NCBI GenBank assembly: GCA_951406725.2
Contig: OX597828.1
Location: 25,730,001-25,794,000 of the forward strand
Direction of reading: 5' to 3'
Origin: Octopus vulgaris
Taxonomy: Eukaryota
DNA length: 64,000 bases
Shown here: positions 43,106-55,570 of the stretch, piece by piece
Position numbering within the stretch: the first letter of the stretch is position 1
Layout of the letters: each line of letters opens with the position of its first letter
Position numbers and translations under genes: made by a program
Notes under the pieces: model-generated
Database searches by the model: none
What the model was told of the DNA's origin: nothing
The model's input: only the letters and a program-made list of their open reading frames with translations

Positions 43106-43178
43106 TTACACACACACAAACACACACATATATATATATACAGATACTCATATTTATATACAGAGAAGTGTATGCACG

Positions 43179-43234
<56 letters not shown>

Positions 43235-43319
43235 TATATATGCTTATAAGTACACACATATACATACACACACATATACTTATCTCTATACATGTATATA
43301 TATATATATATATATGTAA

Positions 43320-43384
<65 letters not shown>

Positions 43385-43974
43385 TGCATGTATATATACG
43401 TATGATGTATGTTTATGTGTATATATAAAACACACACACACACACGCACACACACACACACACACTATTCATCCTACTTTCCCTCTCTCCTTCGTCGTCG
43501 AGGCGATTCCTTCTTTTACTTCTTTCCAATCTCGTCTGCTCCCAACTCGGGCACATCCCAATATTATATTGGTCAACAACACCCTACCTACCATTCGTTT
43601 ATTTCCATCATTTCTAGGACGCAGATACTTATCTAATGGTCAGCAAACAATTTTCACTAAGAGCCCCAAATCTTGGAATAATCAGCGCATGCAATCAGGA
43701 CCGACCAATCAGTGTAAAGCATCTCTTTGGAATCAAACAGTTCTTCAACTACAGCATTTATCATTGCAGTTCGGTTTACCAATTCTGCGACGGAGAATAT
43801 CTTTCATTCAGGTTTTCATAAAGTTCATTACAAGCTTTTTATACATACATTCACACATATCTATCTATCTATCTATCTATCTATGTATACATACATTCTT
43901 ACATACATACATACATACAAACATACATACATATATATCAGTATCTTGAAAAACGCGTGTGCACACACACACAT

Positions 43975-44110
43975 ACAGTGGTTCAGGTGCTGAACTTACG
44001 ATCGTAAGATTGTGCTTTCGATTCCTGAACCGGACGATGCGTTGTGTTCTTAAACAAGACACTTCATTGCGCGTTGCTCCAGTCCACTCAGCTGGCAAAA
44101 ATAAGTAGCT
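43975..44110 (+). mobile_element. CORE-type tRNA-derived SINE family D fragment
   Basis: TTCGATTCC B box, TTGTGTTCTTAAACAAGACACTT, CCACTCAGCTG. Confidence 0.65.
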
Positions 44111-44249
44111 CTGCCAAGGACCGGCTTCCCGTCCGGATTTGGATTATATATGCCACAGAATCCATCCGGGAAACCAGCTTAATAAGTTTATAGGACTCGG
44201 GAAGGAACTTTATTACAAACATGCACGCATGCGTGCATGCGTGCATATA

Positions 44250-44450
44250 TATAACTGATCATATATGGAAAAATGGAGACATCCTTCCCCTGTGGGATGA
44301 AGTTAAAATAATAGAAAGAGAACGCCACTGGAAAATACGAAAACTAAAAGAAGCAGCACATATACTAGGACACAACCACCTCCTAAGCAGACCGAGTGCA
44401 GATATGAACAGCATATGGAAACCAGTATTAAGGAAGGATGGGAGAATCTA
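44250..44450 (+). mobile_element. Penelope-like element GIY-YIG endonuclease C-terminal fragment
   Basis: ITDHIWKNG..PLWDEVKIIERERHWKIRKLKEAAHI..LSRPS..IWKPVL. Confidence 0.8.
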
Positions 44451-44539
44451 TAAGCCCTAAAATTCCCTCCATAATTGCCCATGGGCATATGGCGTAGTGA
44501 ACCCCAAGATTCCGAGTTCGATTCCAAGCAGTGATCTGA

Positions 44540-44608
<69 letters not shown>

Positions 44609-44791
44609 GAAGAGCATTATCGCTGTGAAAACAACATCCATCCATGAATTTATTTATTTATTAATTTTTAAATGCATATTTTATCTGTGAATTTGCGCGT
44701 GTAATCTGGGAATGCATACAATGAGCTTCTCTGCCCTAGGTGTATGGAAAACACTCGGCGAGAAACGGAAGAAAATTTGAAGAAAGAAGGA

Positions 44792-44856
<65 letters not shown>

Positions 44857-44864
44857 CAACAACA

Positions 44865-44998
44865 GGAATGAGAAGCCAGGTTCGAAATTTCCCCAAGACA
44901 CCAGATGAAGTCTGGAGGGTATATCAGCCGAAACGTTGTGTTAACAACAAATAAGATGAGGACAAATATCCGTCAATTGTAAATAATGTAAATAATGT
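44865..44998 (+). mobile_element. Penelope-like LTR fragment with mutated hammerhead (44898-44941)
   Basis: acac-CAGATGA-a-gtctg..cagcc-GAAAC-GTT-gtgt, followed by TGTAAATAA repeats. Confidence 0.65.
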
Positions 44999-45119
44999 CT
45001 GAGATTGACTTGCGAATATCTAACTGTATTCTCTCTAGTGCCGCCGAGAGCGCTATATTATTTGTGTGATGTGGAAATTGTTCCGATAGTATTGTCCAAA
45101 TGATATCAGTATCACTTTT

Positions 45120-45495
45120 AAAATCCACCCAAAGCTTGGTCCCCGTGCCATGCGTCCGTCCTCTACAGAAATCGTTCTCTCAGTACATCACAACATTAAG
45201 ACAGAACTACTTCTCCTCAACTGGACCTGTTCTTTTTAACATCATCCCAAAATATATAAGGGAAGAAAAAGATTTCATAACCTTCAAAAAGTTGCTAGAT
45301 GAATATCTCCAACAAATTCCAGATGAACCACCAACACCCGGATATACTACTGCAAACAACATCTCTTTGATGGAATGGGCAAAGGTGCCTAAAATAACTA
45401 TACAAAAATTCATTACTAAATGTCTTTTCCTGGTGCTATAAAATTAGCTATGGCCGGGCCAATGTGGCCGAAACCTATCTAAGTATCTAAGATAA
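45120..45495 (+). mobile_element. CR1-like LINE ORF2 C-terminus and 3' tail
   Basis: GPVLFNIIPKYIR..FKKLLDEYLQQIPDEPPTPGY..SLMEW, with a TATCTAAG repeat tail. Confidence 0.8.
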
Positions 45496-45769
45496 AAAAA
45501 AAAAAAGAACTATAAATCAATTGAACAGAAATATTCTCATTTAGTCGTAGAAAATTATTTGCAGCATTTCATTAAAAATGACATATTTTTAGGCCTCAAT
45601 ATTAAGACCAAATGCTTATTGATATCTGAGAATGTTTATCCCTATGGTAAACATATTGCGAAGAGCTGTGACTAAAAGGGCTAAATACCGATTGGTATTC
45701 CTTTGGTCGGTTATGAAGGCAGTTGCTTTAGGACAATTGAAGCACAGCTCCCTAACAATGGAGATATTT

Positions 45770-46085
45770 GTTCTAAAATAGGCTCAAGGCCAGAAATATA
45801 GGGAGAATGGAAAGTTATATCGATCCCACTTCTTGTTTGTTACTTGATGTTATTGATCCTGCAAGGTCACTCTCGGCCCAATTTGAACTGAGAACGTAAA
45901 GAGACGGAGCATAAACCGCATGGATTGTTGTCAAAGGCTTAAATAATTTTTCCTGGCTGTAGAAATCTGTGACAAAAGCACAAAACCAAAAATTTAGGGA
46001 CTGAAAGGTCAATTTTATCTTTCATGGGAAGGATGAAATATGAAGTTAACCTCAGCTTGATTTGAACTGACAACGTAAAGATCAG

Positions 46086-46134
<49 letters not shown>

Positions 46135-46400
46135 CAAGACACGTTACTCAACACTTTCATGATTCTACCCGCCGATTACTCTACAAAGGTAAGAATTCTA
46201 ATTTTGGCACAAGGCCGGCAATTTTTTTGGTAGGAAACTAGGTCGATTACATTGATCCCAGTGTTCAAATGGTATTATTTTATAAAAACTGGAAAGAATG
46301 AAAGGCCAAGGTGACCATGAAGGCATTTGAACCCAGAACGTAATCAGCCAGAAGAAATGCTGCTAGGCATTTTGCCCTACGCAGTAACGATTCTTCCAGA
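45770..46400 (-). mobile_element. Cluster of three diverged SINE family B copies
   Basis: Recurrent GCACAAGGCC..GATGAAA..TTTGAACTGAGAACGTAA segments at ~45780, ~45980 and ~46200. Confidence 0.65.
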
Positions 46401-46659
46401 AATAATAACAAGAATTTCATATCGAGTGATCACGTAGAGGATGATTCCACTTGAAAACTCAGTCTGCTTCAAGTAGCTGCGTCAATTTCGCATCGCAACT
46501 TGACAAGAAAGGAGGGACTCAATACACAAAATGTAGTTAATAAATGAAATAGTCGCAGCTGGAACTGCTTTGATTATTCTTCAACTCCACGAGGACCATT
46601 CTGAGTACAAGAATCTGAGTAAAAACAAATCAATGTGAGATTGTATTTTTTAGAGAGAT

Positions 46660-47190
46660 AATTTGACGTCAGAAAGCGGGCAAAAAATCAGAAGGGTTCA
46701 CAATTTGACGTCAGAAAGTGGGAAAAAAATCAGAAGGGTTCACAATTTGACGTCAGAAAGTGGGAAAAAAATCAGAAGAGCTCACAATTTGACGTCAGAA
46801 AACGGGCAAAAAATCAGAAGGGCTCACAATTTGACGTCAGAAAGTGGGGAAAAAATCAAAAGGGTTCACAATTTGACGTCAGAAAGTGGGGGAAAAATCA
46901 AAAGGGCTCACAATTTGACGTCAGAAAACGGGCAAAAAATCAGAAGGGTTCACAATTTGACGTCAGAAAGTGGGGAAAAAATCAAAAGGGTTCACAATTT
47001 GACGTCAGAAAGCGGGCAAAAAATCAGAAGGGTTCACAATTTGACGTCAGAAAGTGGGGAAAAAATCAAAAGGGTTCACAATTTGACGTCAGAAAGTGGG
47101 CAAAAAATCAGAAGGGTTCACAATTTGACGTCAGAAAGTGGGGGAAAAATCAAAAGGGTTCACAATTTGACGTCAGAAAGCGGGCAAGAA
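46660..47190 (+). repeat. Minisatellite, 13 x 42 bp, each unit with a CRE palindrome TGACGTCA; open frame (LTSESGxKIxRVHN)n
   Basis: TGACGTCA at 46664 + 42n through 47168 with no indels. ORF 46663-47226. Confidence 0.95.
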
Positions 47191-47399
47191 GACAAAAGGG
47201 CTCTCAATAAATCTATTTACAAGTAAAAAAAAAAAAATTTTTAATCTGGTGTCGCTATTATATAAATAAAGTGAAATTTAAATGAAATTATTCATAACTC
47301 TTCCTCTAAATGTTGTTTCCATGTCCTCCTTTAATGTCTGGGGTAAAAAATGAATTGACGTCGCAGGAATGACTGTGTGATTTGGCACGTTTGGTAACC

Positions 47400-47660
47400 G
47401 CGCGGCACTATAAGCTAGTGTCTTCTAGTATTGTCCAGGGTTGACTAATGCCTTGTGAGTGAATTTGGTAAACGGAAACTGTGTGGAAGCCCATCATGTA
47501 TATATATATACGTGTGTGTGTGTGTGTGTGTTTGCGTGTTTGTGTATGGGTGGCTGTACGTGTGTCTTTGTGTGTGTTTTTCTCCTCCGAACGCTTGATA
47601 GCACTGTAGCATAGGGGTTCAGCAAAGGATACCAATCAAAGAAGAACCAAGTGTGAATTT
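47400..47660 (+). mobile_element. SINE family A fragment
   Basis: GCCTTGTGAGTGAATTTGGTAAACGGAAACTG and internal (TG)n. Confidence 0.7.
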
Positions 47661-47783
47661 GTCTGTTAACTAAATCCCTTTGTTGGAAACCGGCTCCGTC
47701 CGCAGTAGAAGATTTCTAATAATTAAAAAATGGAAGAGACACACATACATACATACATACATACATACATACATACATACATA

Positions 47784-47943
47784 CGCAGGAGTGGCTGTGT
47801 GGTAAGTAGCTTGCTAACCAACCACATGGTTCCGGGTTCAGTCCCACTGCGTGGCATCTTGGGCAAGTGTCTTCTGCTATAGCCCCGGGCCGACAAATGC
47901 CTTGCGAGTGGATTTGGTAGACAGAAACTGAAAGAAGCCTGTC

Positions 47944-48009
<66 letters not shown>

Positions 48010-48235
48010 ATGTGTTTGTGTGTCTGTGTTTGTCCCCCTAGCATTGCTTGACAACCGATGCTGGTGTTTTTACGTCCCCGTCACTTAGCGGTTCGGCAAA
48101 AGCGACCGATAGAATAAGTAATGGGCTTACAAAGAATAAGTCCTGGAAGGTCGATTTGCTCGACTAAAGGCGGTGCTCCAGCATGGCCGCAGTCAAATGA
48201 CTGAAACAAGTAAAAGAGTAAAAGAGTAAAGAGTA
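47784..48235 (+). mobile_element. SINE family A, near full length
   Basis: GCAGGAGTGGCTGTGTGGTAAG head, internal (TA)n(TG)n, and (AAGAGTA)n tail. Confidence 0.92.
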
Positions 48236-48911
48236 ATACATCATAAATATATCCTCTACTTGCGTCTAATCCGAATGACATTGTTTGTTTTGTCTTTTGT
48301 ACTTTTTCCGTTTTGAATTTATTCTTATCTCAGAAGACTCTCTCTCTCTCTATCATTGAACCTCCTCCTTCGTTTCCTTTAAACCCTTTGCATAATTTGT
48401 ATTAAAATTATCGTTTCAATTGAAACGTGTCTTATATGCTATGCTCGTCTCATTGTGTAATTTTTCAAAATGGCTAACTTTAAACTTTCCATTTTCTTTT
48501 CTTCTTCCCTATCTTATTCCACTCTTCTTTCGTACTCGCCACTGATGGCGCCACACTAAAGCGCATGCCGTTGCGATGAACCATATTATTATAAGTGTCG
48601 AAATTGTGACGGTTTCTGGTTAAGAACTGCTCAACAAATCACACATATGCACATCTGTTTTGCTGTATTATCGTTTTCCCTGTAAATTTCTTTCTCGATT
48701 CTGTGTGCTATATTTCCAACCAATATAGATGTTGTACACTACGGTCATTCATATTTCGCTTCTCTCTCCTTGTCTAGTAATCTTATCAATTTATTTTCTG
48801 CTGCAATTTTTCTATGTGTGTATGTATGTCTGTATGTATACATGTATGTATGTGCGTATATATGTATGTGTGTATGTATGTATCTATTTATCTATCTATC
48901 TACCTACCTAC

Positions 48912-49017
<106 letters not shown>

Positions 49018-49018
49018 T

Positions 49019-49101
<83 letters not shown>

Positions 49102-49206
49102 TTATATACATATATGTATTTATACACACACACACACATATATATATATACACACACAACACATATATACCTGCCAGGATTCTTCAATCCCATTTTTCTT
49201 CTAACT

Positions 49207-49243
<37 letters not shown>

Positions 49244-49910
49244 CATGCAAAAATGTGTGTGTGTGTGTATGTATGTATATACGCGGGTACCAAGCACATG
49301 TGTATTTGCTTATATTATTATACCATAAATAACAGTTATTAATAATGCAATGCACACACATACACACACATATACATGGATACACTCATAACAATAAGGG
49401 AACACGTGTGTGCGTGCGCGGCGCGCGCGGATGTGTGTGGATGCGTGCATGCATGCGCGCGTGTGTGTATGTATATAGTGTTCTGAGTGTGTATTGCTAG
49501 ACTTTAGCGTCTTAATTCAGTATGCACATCATCATTACTGCCTCCATGACCTCCGCCATCACTATGAACCCCTCCCCCACCATCACAACCACTGTGACTA
49601 ATATGACCACCGCCCTCACCTCTACCGCTACTGTCACCACCGTCTCCACCAAGACCACCACCACCACCACCGTCACCTCAACCACAACAACCACCACAAC
49701 GCTCGTCGTCTGCACCACCACCACCACCACAACCACCACCACCACAACCACCACCACCACCACCACCACCACCATCACCACCACCACCACCACCATCACC
49801 ACCGCCACCAACACCATCACCACCACCACCACCACCATCATAACAATAGAATTTCTCAGTTATTTTCATCCCGGGTTAAACAATAAAAATAAAACAAAAA
49901 ATGCAAAGGT

Positions 49911-49941
<31 letters not shown>

Positions 49942-50189
49942 GCAACAACAACAAAAAACAACAAGAAACACTCCAGCGCTTGAGTGAGATGGGTGGGTTA
50001 GTTACGTAGAGTAGATAGGGGTGGCTACACGGGTAGGATATAGGTAGGCAGGTAGGTAGGTGAGATAAGTGATAATAGGTAAGGTAGGTTTGGTGGGGGA
50101 GAGAAGAAGGCAGGTAGGTATGGGTGTGCAGTGTTTGTGTTGGATTAGCTAGCAAAGTGTTTTTTTATAGTGAAAACTGTAATATTTAA

Positions 50190-50270
50190 TGGACTGCTGG
50201 GGCATTGTGATTGTCAGTTCACCTGAAGGGAAGAAGGTATTGTTTGACGGTTGCATTGCCATAGCGTCCA
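50190..50270 (+). other. G-U-rich RNA hairpin (pre-miRNA-like candidate)
   Basis: TGGACTGCTGGGGCATTGTGATTGTCAG pairs with TTGACGGTTGCATTGCCATAGCGTCCA over ~25 bp, including ~6 G-U pairs. Confidence 0.35.
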
Positions 50271-50614
50271 GCCAGCCAGCCTGCCAGCCAGCCAGCCAAC
50301 CGGCCAGCCCGACTTACCTATGTAGCAGGACGGGGTGCGATTTGGGGTGGGTGGGTGGGTTGGACGTTGAGAAGAGGAAGGCGGTAGGGAGACACGAAAA
50401 GGGGCGAAAGAAAGAAAGACCACTCATGAAATAGTTTGTACGTGTTGGTGTAGTATACGCGCGCGTGCGTTTGACTATATGAAAGAGAAGGAGAGAGAGG
50501 TAGTGAGAGGGAGAGAGAGTGAGTCAGGGTGTGAATGAATGAATAAGAGAAGGGTGAGAAAAAAGAGAGTGAGAGAGAAAGACAAAGAGACAGTGAATGG
50601 AAAACAAACAAGAA

Positions 50615-50686
<72 letters not shown>

Positions 50687-50983
50687 ATATAGGAAATATA
50701 TATATATATAATTATATATACATTATATAATATGAAAACATAGATACATAGACATACACACATATGTGTGTGTGTGAGGATATATAATATATAGATATAT
50801 AGATAAATGTATGCACTCATATATTAATATATAAATATATACAAACATTTATATACTTATATATATATATATATATACAAACGTTTGTATACTTATATAT
50901 ATGCGTGTGAGTGCGTATGTATGTATATAAATGATATGTATATATATATTTATATATATACATATATATATATATAAATATAC

Positions 50984-51016
<33 letters not shown>

Positions 51017-51138
51017 CACATACATATTCATATGTATACATTACATATATATAGACACATACACACACATAGATGTATTTAAAAAGGACGAAAGACACAA
51101 AGGGAAAAGATAGGCAAAAAAGAAAGGAAAGAAACAAC

Positions 51139-51181
<43 letters not shown>

Positions 51182-51354
51182 GAGGGTTAAGTGAGAGGGA
51201 GGAGAAAGAAACAGAAAAGGGAGGAGAAAACATGATGTGACGAAGGAAGGAAAGGAAGAAAGCGAAAAAGAGATTTTAAGTCATGGGCAGCAATTGTGGA
51301 GTTTCCATGACAACTGAAAGTATGTTTGTTATTGCCGGCCGGCTGACGACACCG

Positions 51355-51438
51355 AAAATGATGATGATGATGATGACGATGACGACGATAATGACGATGA
51401 TGATGACGATGACGACGATAATGACGATGATGATGACG

Positions 51439-51470
<32 letters not shown>

Positions 51471-51497
51471 GATGATGACGATGATGACGATGATGAC

Positions 51498-51541
<44 letters not shown>

Positions 51542-51737
51542 CTATGATGATGATGATGATGACTATGATGATGATGATGGTGATGATGATGATGATGATG
51601 ATGATGATGGTCGTGGTGATAGTGATGGTGGTGGTGCTGCTGCATCTGCTTCTGATGCTGCTGGAGATGATGGTAATGATGATGACAAAGACAATGACGT
51701 TGGCAGTGATGGCTGCTTTTGCTTTTGTGGTTGTTGC

Positions 51738-51776
<39 letters not shown>

Positions 51777-51848
51777 GTAGTAGTAGTAGTAGTAGTAATA
51801 GTAGTAGTAGAAGTAGTAGTAGTATTAGTAGTAGTAGAAGTATTATTA

Positions 51849-51920
<72 letters not shown>

Positions 51921-51963
51921 ATAATAGTAGTAGAAGTAGTAGTAGTATTAGTAGTAGTAGAAG

Positions 51964-52061
<98 letters not shown>

Positions 52062-52080
52062 ATAGTAGTAGTAGCAGTAG
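51355..52080. repeat. Compound trinucleotide tract (ATG/ACG)n, (TAT)n(TAG)n with a ~115-bp higher-order unit
   Basis: Directly visible. The block ..TAGAAGTAGTAGTAGTATTAGTAGTAGTAGAAGT.. occurs twice. Confidence 0.95.
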
Positions 52081-52617
52081 TATGAAAACTATAATGAGGA
52101 TGATACAAATAATGGTGCAATGATGAAAACTGGGACAATTTTGGTGAAGTTAACGACGAAGAAGATCCCGAGACGTCGGTTACGACAATGGCGATGGCGA
52201 CGATGTAGGTGTAGATGATGATGAGGATGATGATGGTGATGATGATGACGATGACGGTAATGATAATGAGGATGATGACGATGATGTCACTGAACACGGA
52301 CACAGGACACTGACTAAACTTGTTTTGTTATCTATTGACCATGGTCCGGTTTGAAGGCAGCCAGGGATTGGTGAGTGAGGGTGTGGTGGTGGTGGTGTTA
52401 GGGTGGGAGTCCATTGCTGGGATGGCTGTTATGATGGTGATGATGATGACGACGACGACAAGGAAGTGGTGACGTCACTCATGCTGTTAATGGTGGTGAC
52501 GAAAGTGGGGGGGGTCAGTAGTTTTAGATAGACAGACAGATTGACCAACAAACAGACGGGCGGAGAGACATATATATATATATATATAAATACAGATATA
52601 TATATATATATATATAG

Positions 52618-52938
52618 ATATAAGAAAAAGGGACAGGCAAAACAGGTTGCTTGACCGCATACCGAAAAATAGAAATAGCAGTCAAGAATGCTTATTTCTA
52701 TCAAAGTTGGACTCCGGGCATGACAGACCCTGTAATTCACATATGCAGAAACATGATGTTCACAGATAACCGCCAGACTTCGTATTCGTTATCTATTCCT
52801 TCTGTTTTGCATATGTGAATTACAGGGTCTGTCATGCCCGGAGTCCAACTTTGATAGAAATAAGCATTCTTGACTGCTATTTCTATTTTTTCGGTATGCG
52901 GTCAAGCAACCTGTTTTGCCTGTCCCTTTTTCTTATAT
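52618..52938. mobile_element. Foldback/MITE-like element with 130-bp near-perfect arms and a 60-bp spacer
   Basis: Arms 52618-52747 and 52808-52938 differ by one homopolymer base. Flanks are TA-rich. Confidence 0.9.
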
Positions 52939-53068
52939 ACAATATATATACTGAACTTTACAGAAGTTCCTGCCGGTAATCGGCTATATTTACATACCGA
53001 ATTCTACCAGTAAATAATTGGGTTTTTTTTAAAAGCCTTTATAGAAATTATTTACTCTTATCATTATA

Positions 53069-53442
53069 CTAGCAGTATCGCCCGGCGTTGCTCAGGTTTG
53101 TAAGGGAAATAACTATAAAGCATTTTTAGAGAGTTATAGCCAAAAAATGGAAAAATATATGGTAATTTTTTTTTTGAGAGTTAAAAAAGGATGGAGTTGC
53201 GTCCCCTAGACAGTTTGTGGTTCGTGTTTCTGATTCTCGACCCCATGTCGAATTTATCGATTTTTTTCAGAACTGGCGGAACTTTTCAAAATTTTGGCTG
53301 CGTTAGTTTTGAATTATGACGTTGGGCTATGTGTGTGTCAAGTTTCATCAGAATCGGTTGAAAGCCGTGGTCAGGGTGAGGGTACAAGCAAACAGACACA
53401 CAGAAACACGCACAGACAAACTGCCGTTTATATATAGAGAGA
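53069..53442 (-). mobile_element. Non-autonomous Helitron H1 copy 2
   Basis: A|TCTCTCTATATATAAACGG ... hairpin CTAG|T on the minus strand, no TSD. Confidence 0.92.
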
Positions 53443-53613
53443 TTACTATATATAGATATAGATAGATAGATAGATAGGTAGATAAGTTTCTTTATTGGCC
53501 ACACAGGGCTGCACACAGATGGGACAAATTACAAGGTAGAGCTTTTCTTTTGGGGAATGAAAAAAAAATTGGCGTAGGTTTTCGATCAAAAGGGATCGTA
53601 AAAGGAGACAGAC

Positions 53614-53660
<47 letters not shown>

Positions 53661-54041
53661 AGGTATAGGTGGTGTTAGTGGTGACACTGGTGGTGGAGGT
53701 GGTGATGGTGGTAGTGGTATAGGTGGATGTTTTTGCGGTGATGATGTTGGTGATGATGCTGATAGTGGTGGTGGTTGTGATCATAGTGGTGGTGATGGTG
53801 GTGGTTGTGATGGTTATGTTGTTAAAAGTGGTGGTTGTGACAGGAGTTATATTTTGTGATGATGCTGGCGGTGATAATGTTGTTGTTGTTGTTGGTGGTG
53901 GTGATGGTAGGAGCAGTGTTGCTGCTGCCTCTACTGCCTCCACTGCTGCTGCTACTACCGCTGCTGAAATATTACAGTGGTATTCAATAATAATAATAAT
54001 AATAAATAACAGCAACCACAAAATATTACAGTGGTATTCAA

Positions 54042-54272
54042 GGCGGCGAGCTGGCAGAATCGTTAGCACGTCGAGCGAAATGCTTAGCGTTATTTCGGCT
54101 GCCGTTACGTTGTGAGTTCAAATTTCGCCGAGGTCGACTTTGCCTTTCATTCTTTCGGGGTCGATAAATTAAGTACCAGTTAAGCACTGGGGTCGATATA
54201 ATCGACTTAATACCTATGTCTGTCCATGTTTGTCCCCTCTATGTTTAGCCCCTTGTGGGTAATAAAGAAATA
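54042..54272 (+). mobile_element. Full-length SINE family B with 9-bp TSD GGTATTCAA
   Basis: TSD at 54033-54041 and 54273-54281. Confidence 0.9.
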
Positions 54273-54727
54273 GGTATTCAAAATGGTAAATTGATTAGGT
54301 TGAATGTTTCTGCTGATGCAACTGCACTTTTGGGTGAGATTAGGGAAAGGGATTCAAATGAGAGAGACGCTTGTGTCTGCGAAAGCAGATTAGTGGGACT
54401 TCGCTCGGATAATGGGATGCGAGTCAGATCTTCAACATGTTCATATAAGATGTTAGAAATGGGTTATTGGCTTTCACACCTAACAGTCGATGCTGAGATG
54501 ATTTAAATATTATATGCACATACATACACACACACGTATACATACATACATACATACATACATACATACATACATACATACACACATACATATATACATA
54601 CATATACGTAACTACACGTGCGCCGTTGGCAATTTCTCTTCCACCTTTAGTCTTTTCCCTTTCTTCTTTCCGACGAAGAGCTATACTCGAAACATCAAAC
54701 TCTCCTTCCACCGAGCGTCAAGCTAAT

Positions 54728-54795
54728 ACAGTGGTTCTCAACAATGGTTCCCAACCTCATTTTATTCAAATGAGTTTTCCCACGGACCCCTTTTA
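54728..54795 (+). mobile_element. hAT (Charlie-like) terminal fragment
   Basis: TIR-like CAGTGGTTCTCAAC and CACGGACCCC. Confidence 0.45.
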
Positions 54796-54821
54796 AATAT
54801 GCTTAGCCTTATCTACATATG

Positions 54822-54972
54822 TACAAGGTGTGATCAATAAGTATCCGGACTGTTGCCATAGTAACGAAGCTAAAGCATGGAGAGTAAAGCCGCTAAGCAT
54901 AGATTTACCTTGAACTCTGCTGCGCATGCATTCTAAGTTTTAACGTTCTAGCTCCTTCCCGCTGTTTACAGC
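54822..54972 (+). mobile_element. Mariner-type terminal fragment
   Basis: TACAAGGTGTGATCAATAAGTATCCGGACT resembles a mariner TIR. Confidence 0.55.
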
Positions 54973-55237
54973 ACGTATGCACACACATATATATATATAT
55001 ATATACATATAGATAGATAGGTAGATAGATGAGTATACGACAATGCATACTCACACACACACACACATACGCGCGCGCACATACGAATTTAGACAATATG
55101 AGTATAAGTACCTACAACCATAGTTACACCATATGTATGTATTTATGTATGCATTTATGTATGTATGTGTGTATGTATGTATGTATGTATTTATGTATGT
55201 ATGTATGTATGTATTTATGTATGTACATGAGGTCTTC

Positions 55238-55570
55238 AGTGAAGACGCATGGCTCAGAGCATTGGTCTCATAATCATGAGGTAGTGAGTTCTATTCCCGG
55301 ACTGGGCTGTGTGTTGTGTTCTTGAGCAAGACACTTTATTTCACATTGCTCCTGTTCACTCAGCTGTAGAAATGTGTTGTGACGTCACAGGTGCCAAGCT
55401 GTATCGGCCTTTACTTTTTCCTTGGATAACATCGGTGGCGCGAGGAGGGGAGGCTGGTACGCATGGGCGACTGCAGGTCTTCCATGAAATAACCTTGGCC
55501 GGACTTGCGCTTCAGTGGGTAAGGTAGAATCCCATAGTCATTCATGACCCAAGGGGTTCCTTAACTATTT
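55238..55570 (+). mobile_element. CORE-type tRNA-derived SINE family D
   Basis: CATGGCTCAG A box, GAGTTCTATTCCC B box, and GTTCTTGAGCAAGACACTT core. Confidence 0.75.

Noticed and set aside
46660-47190. CRISPR-like array
   Set aside because: Units are contiguous near-identical repeats with no unique spacers, there are no cas genes, and the context is eukaryotic.
50205-50250. SECIS element
   Set aside because: The GUGA-to-AA spacing is ~15 nt rather than 11-12, helix II is poor, and the alternative long hairpin pairs better.
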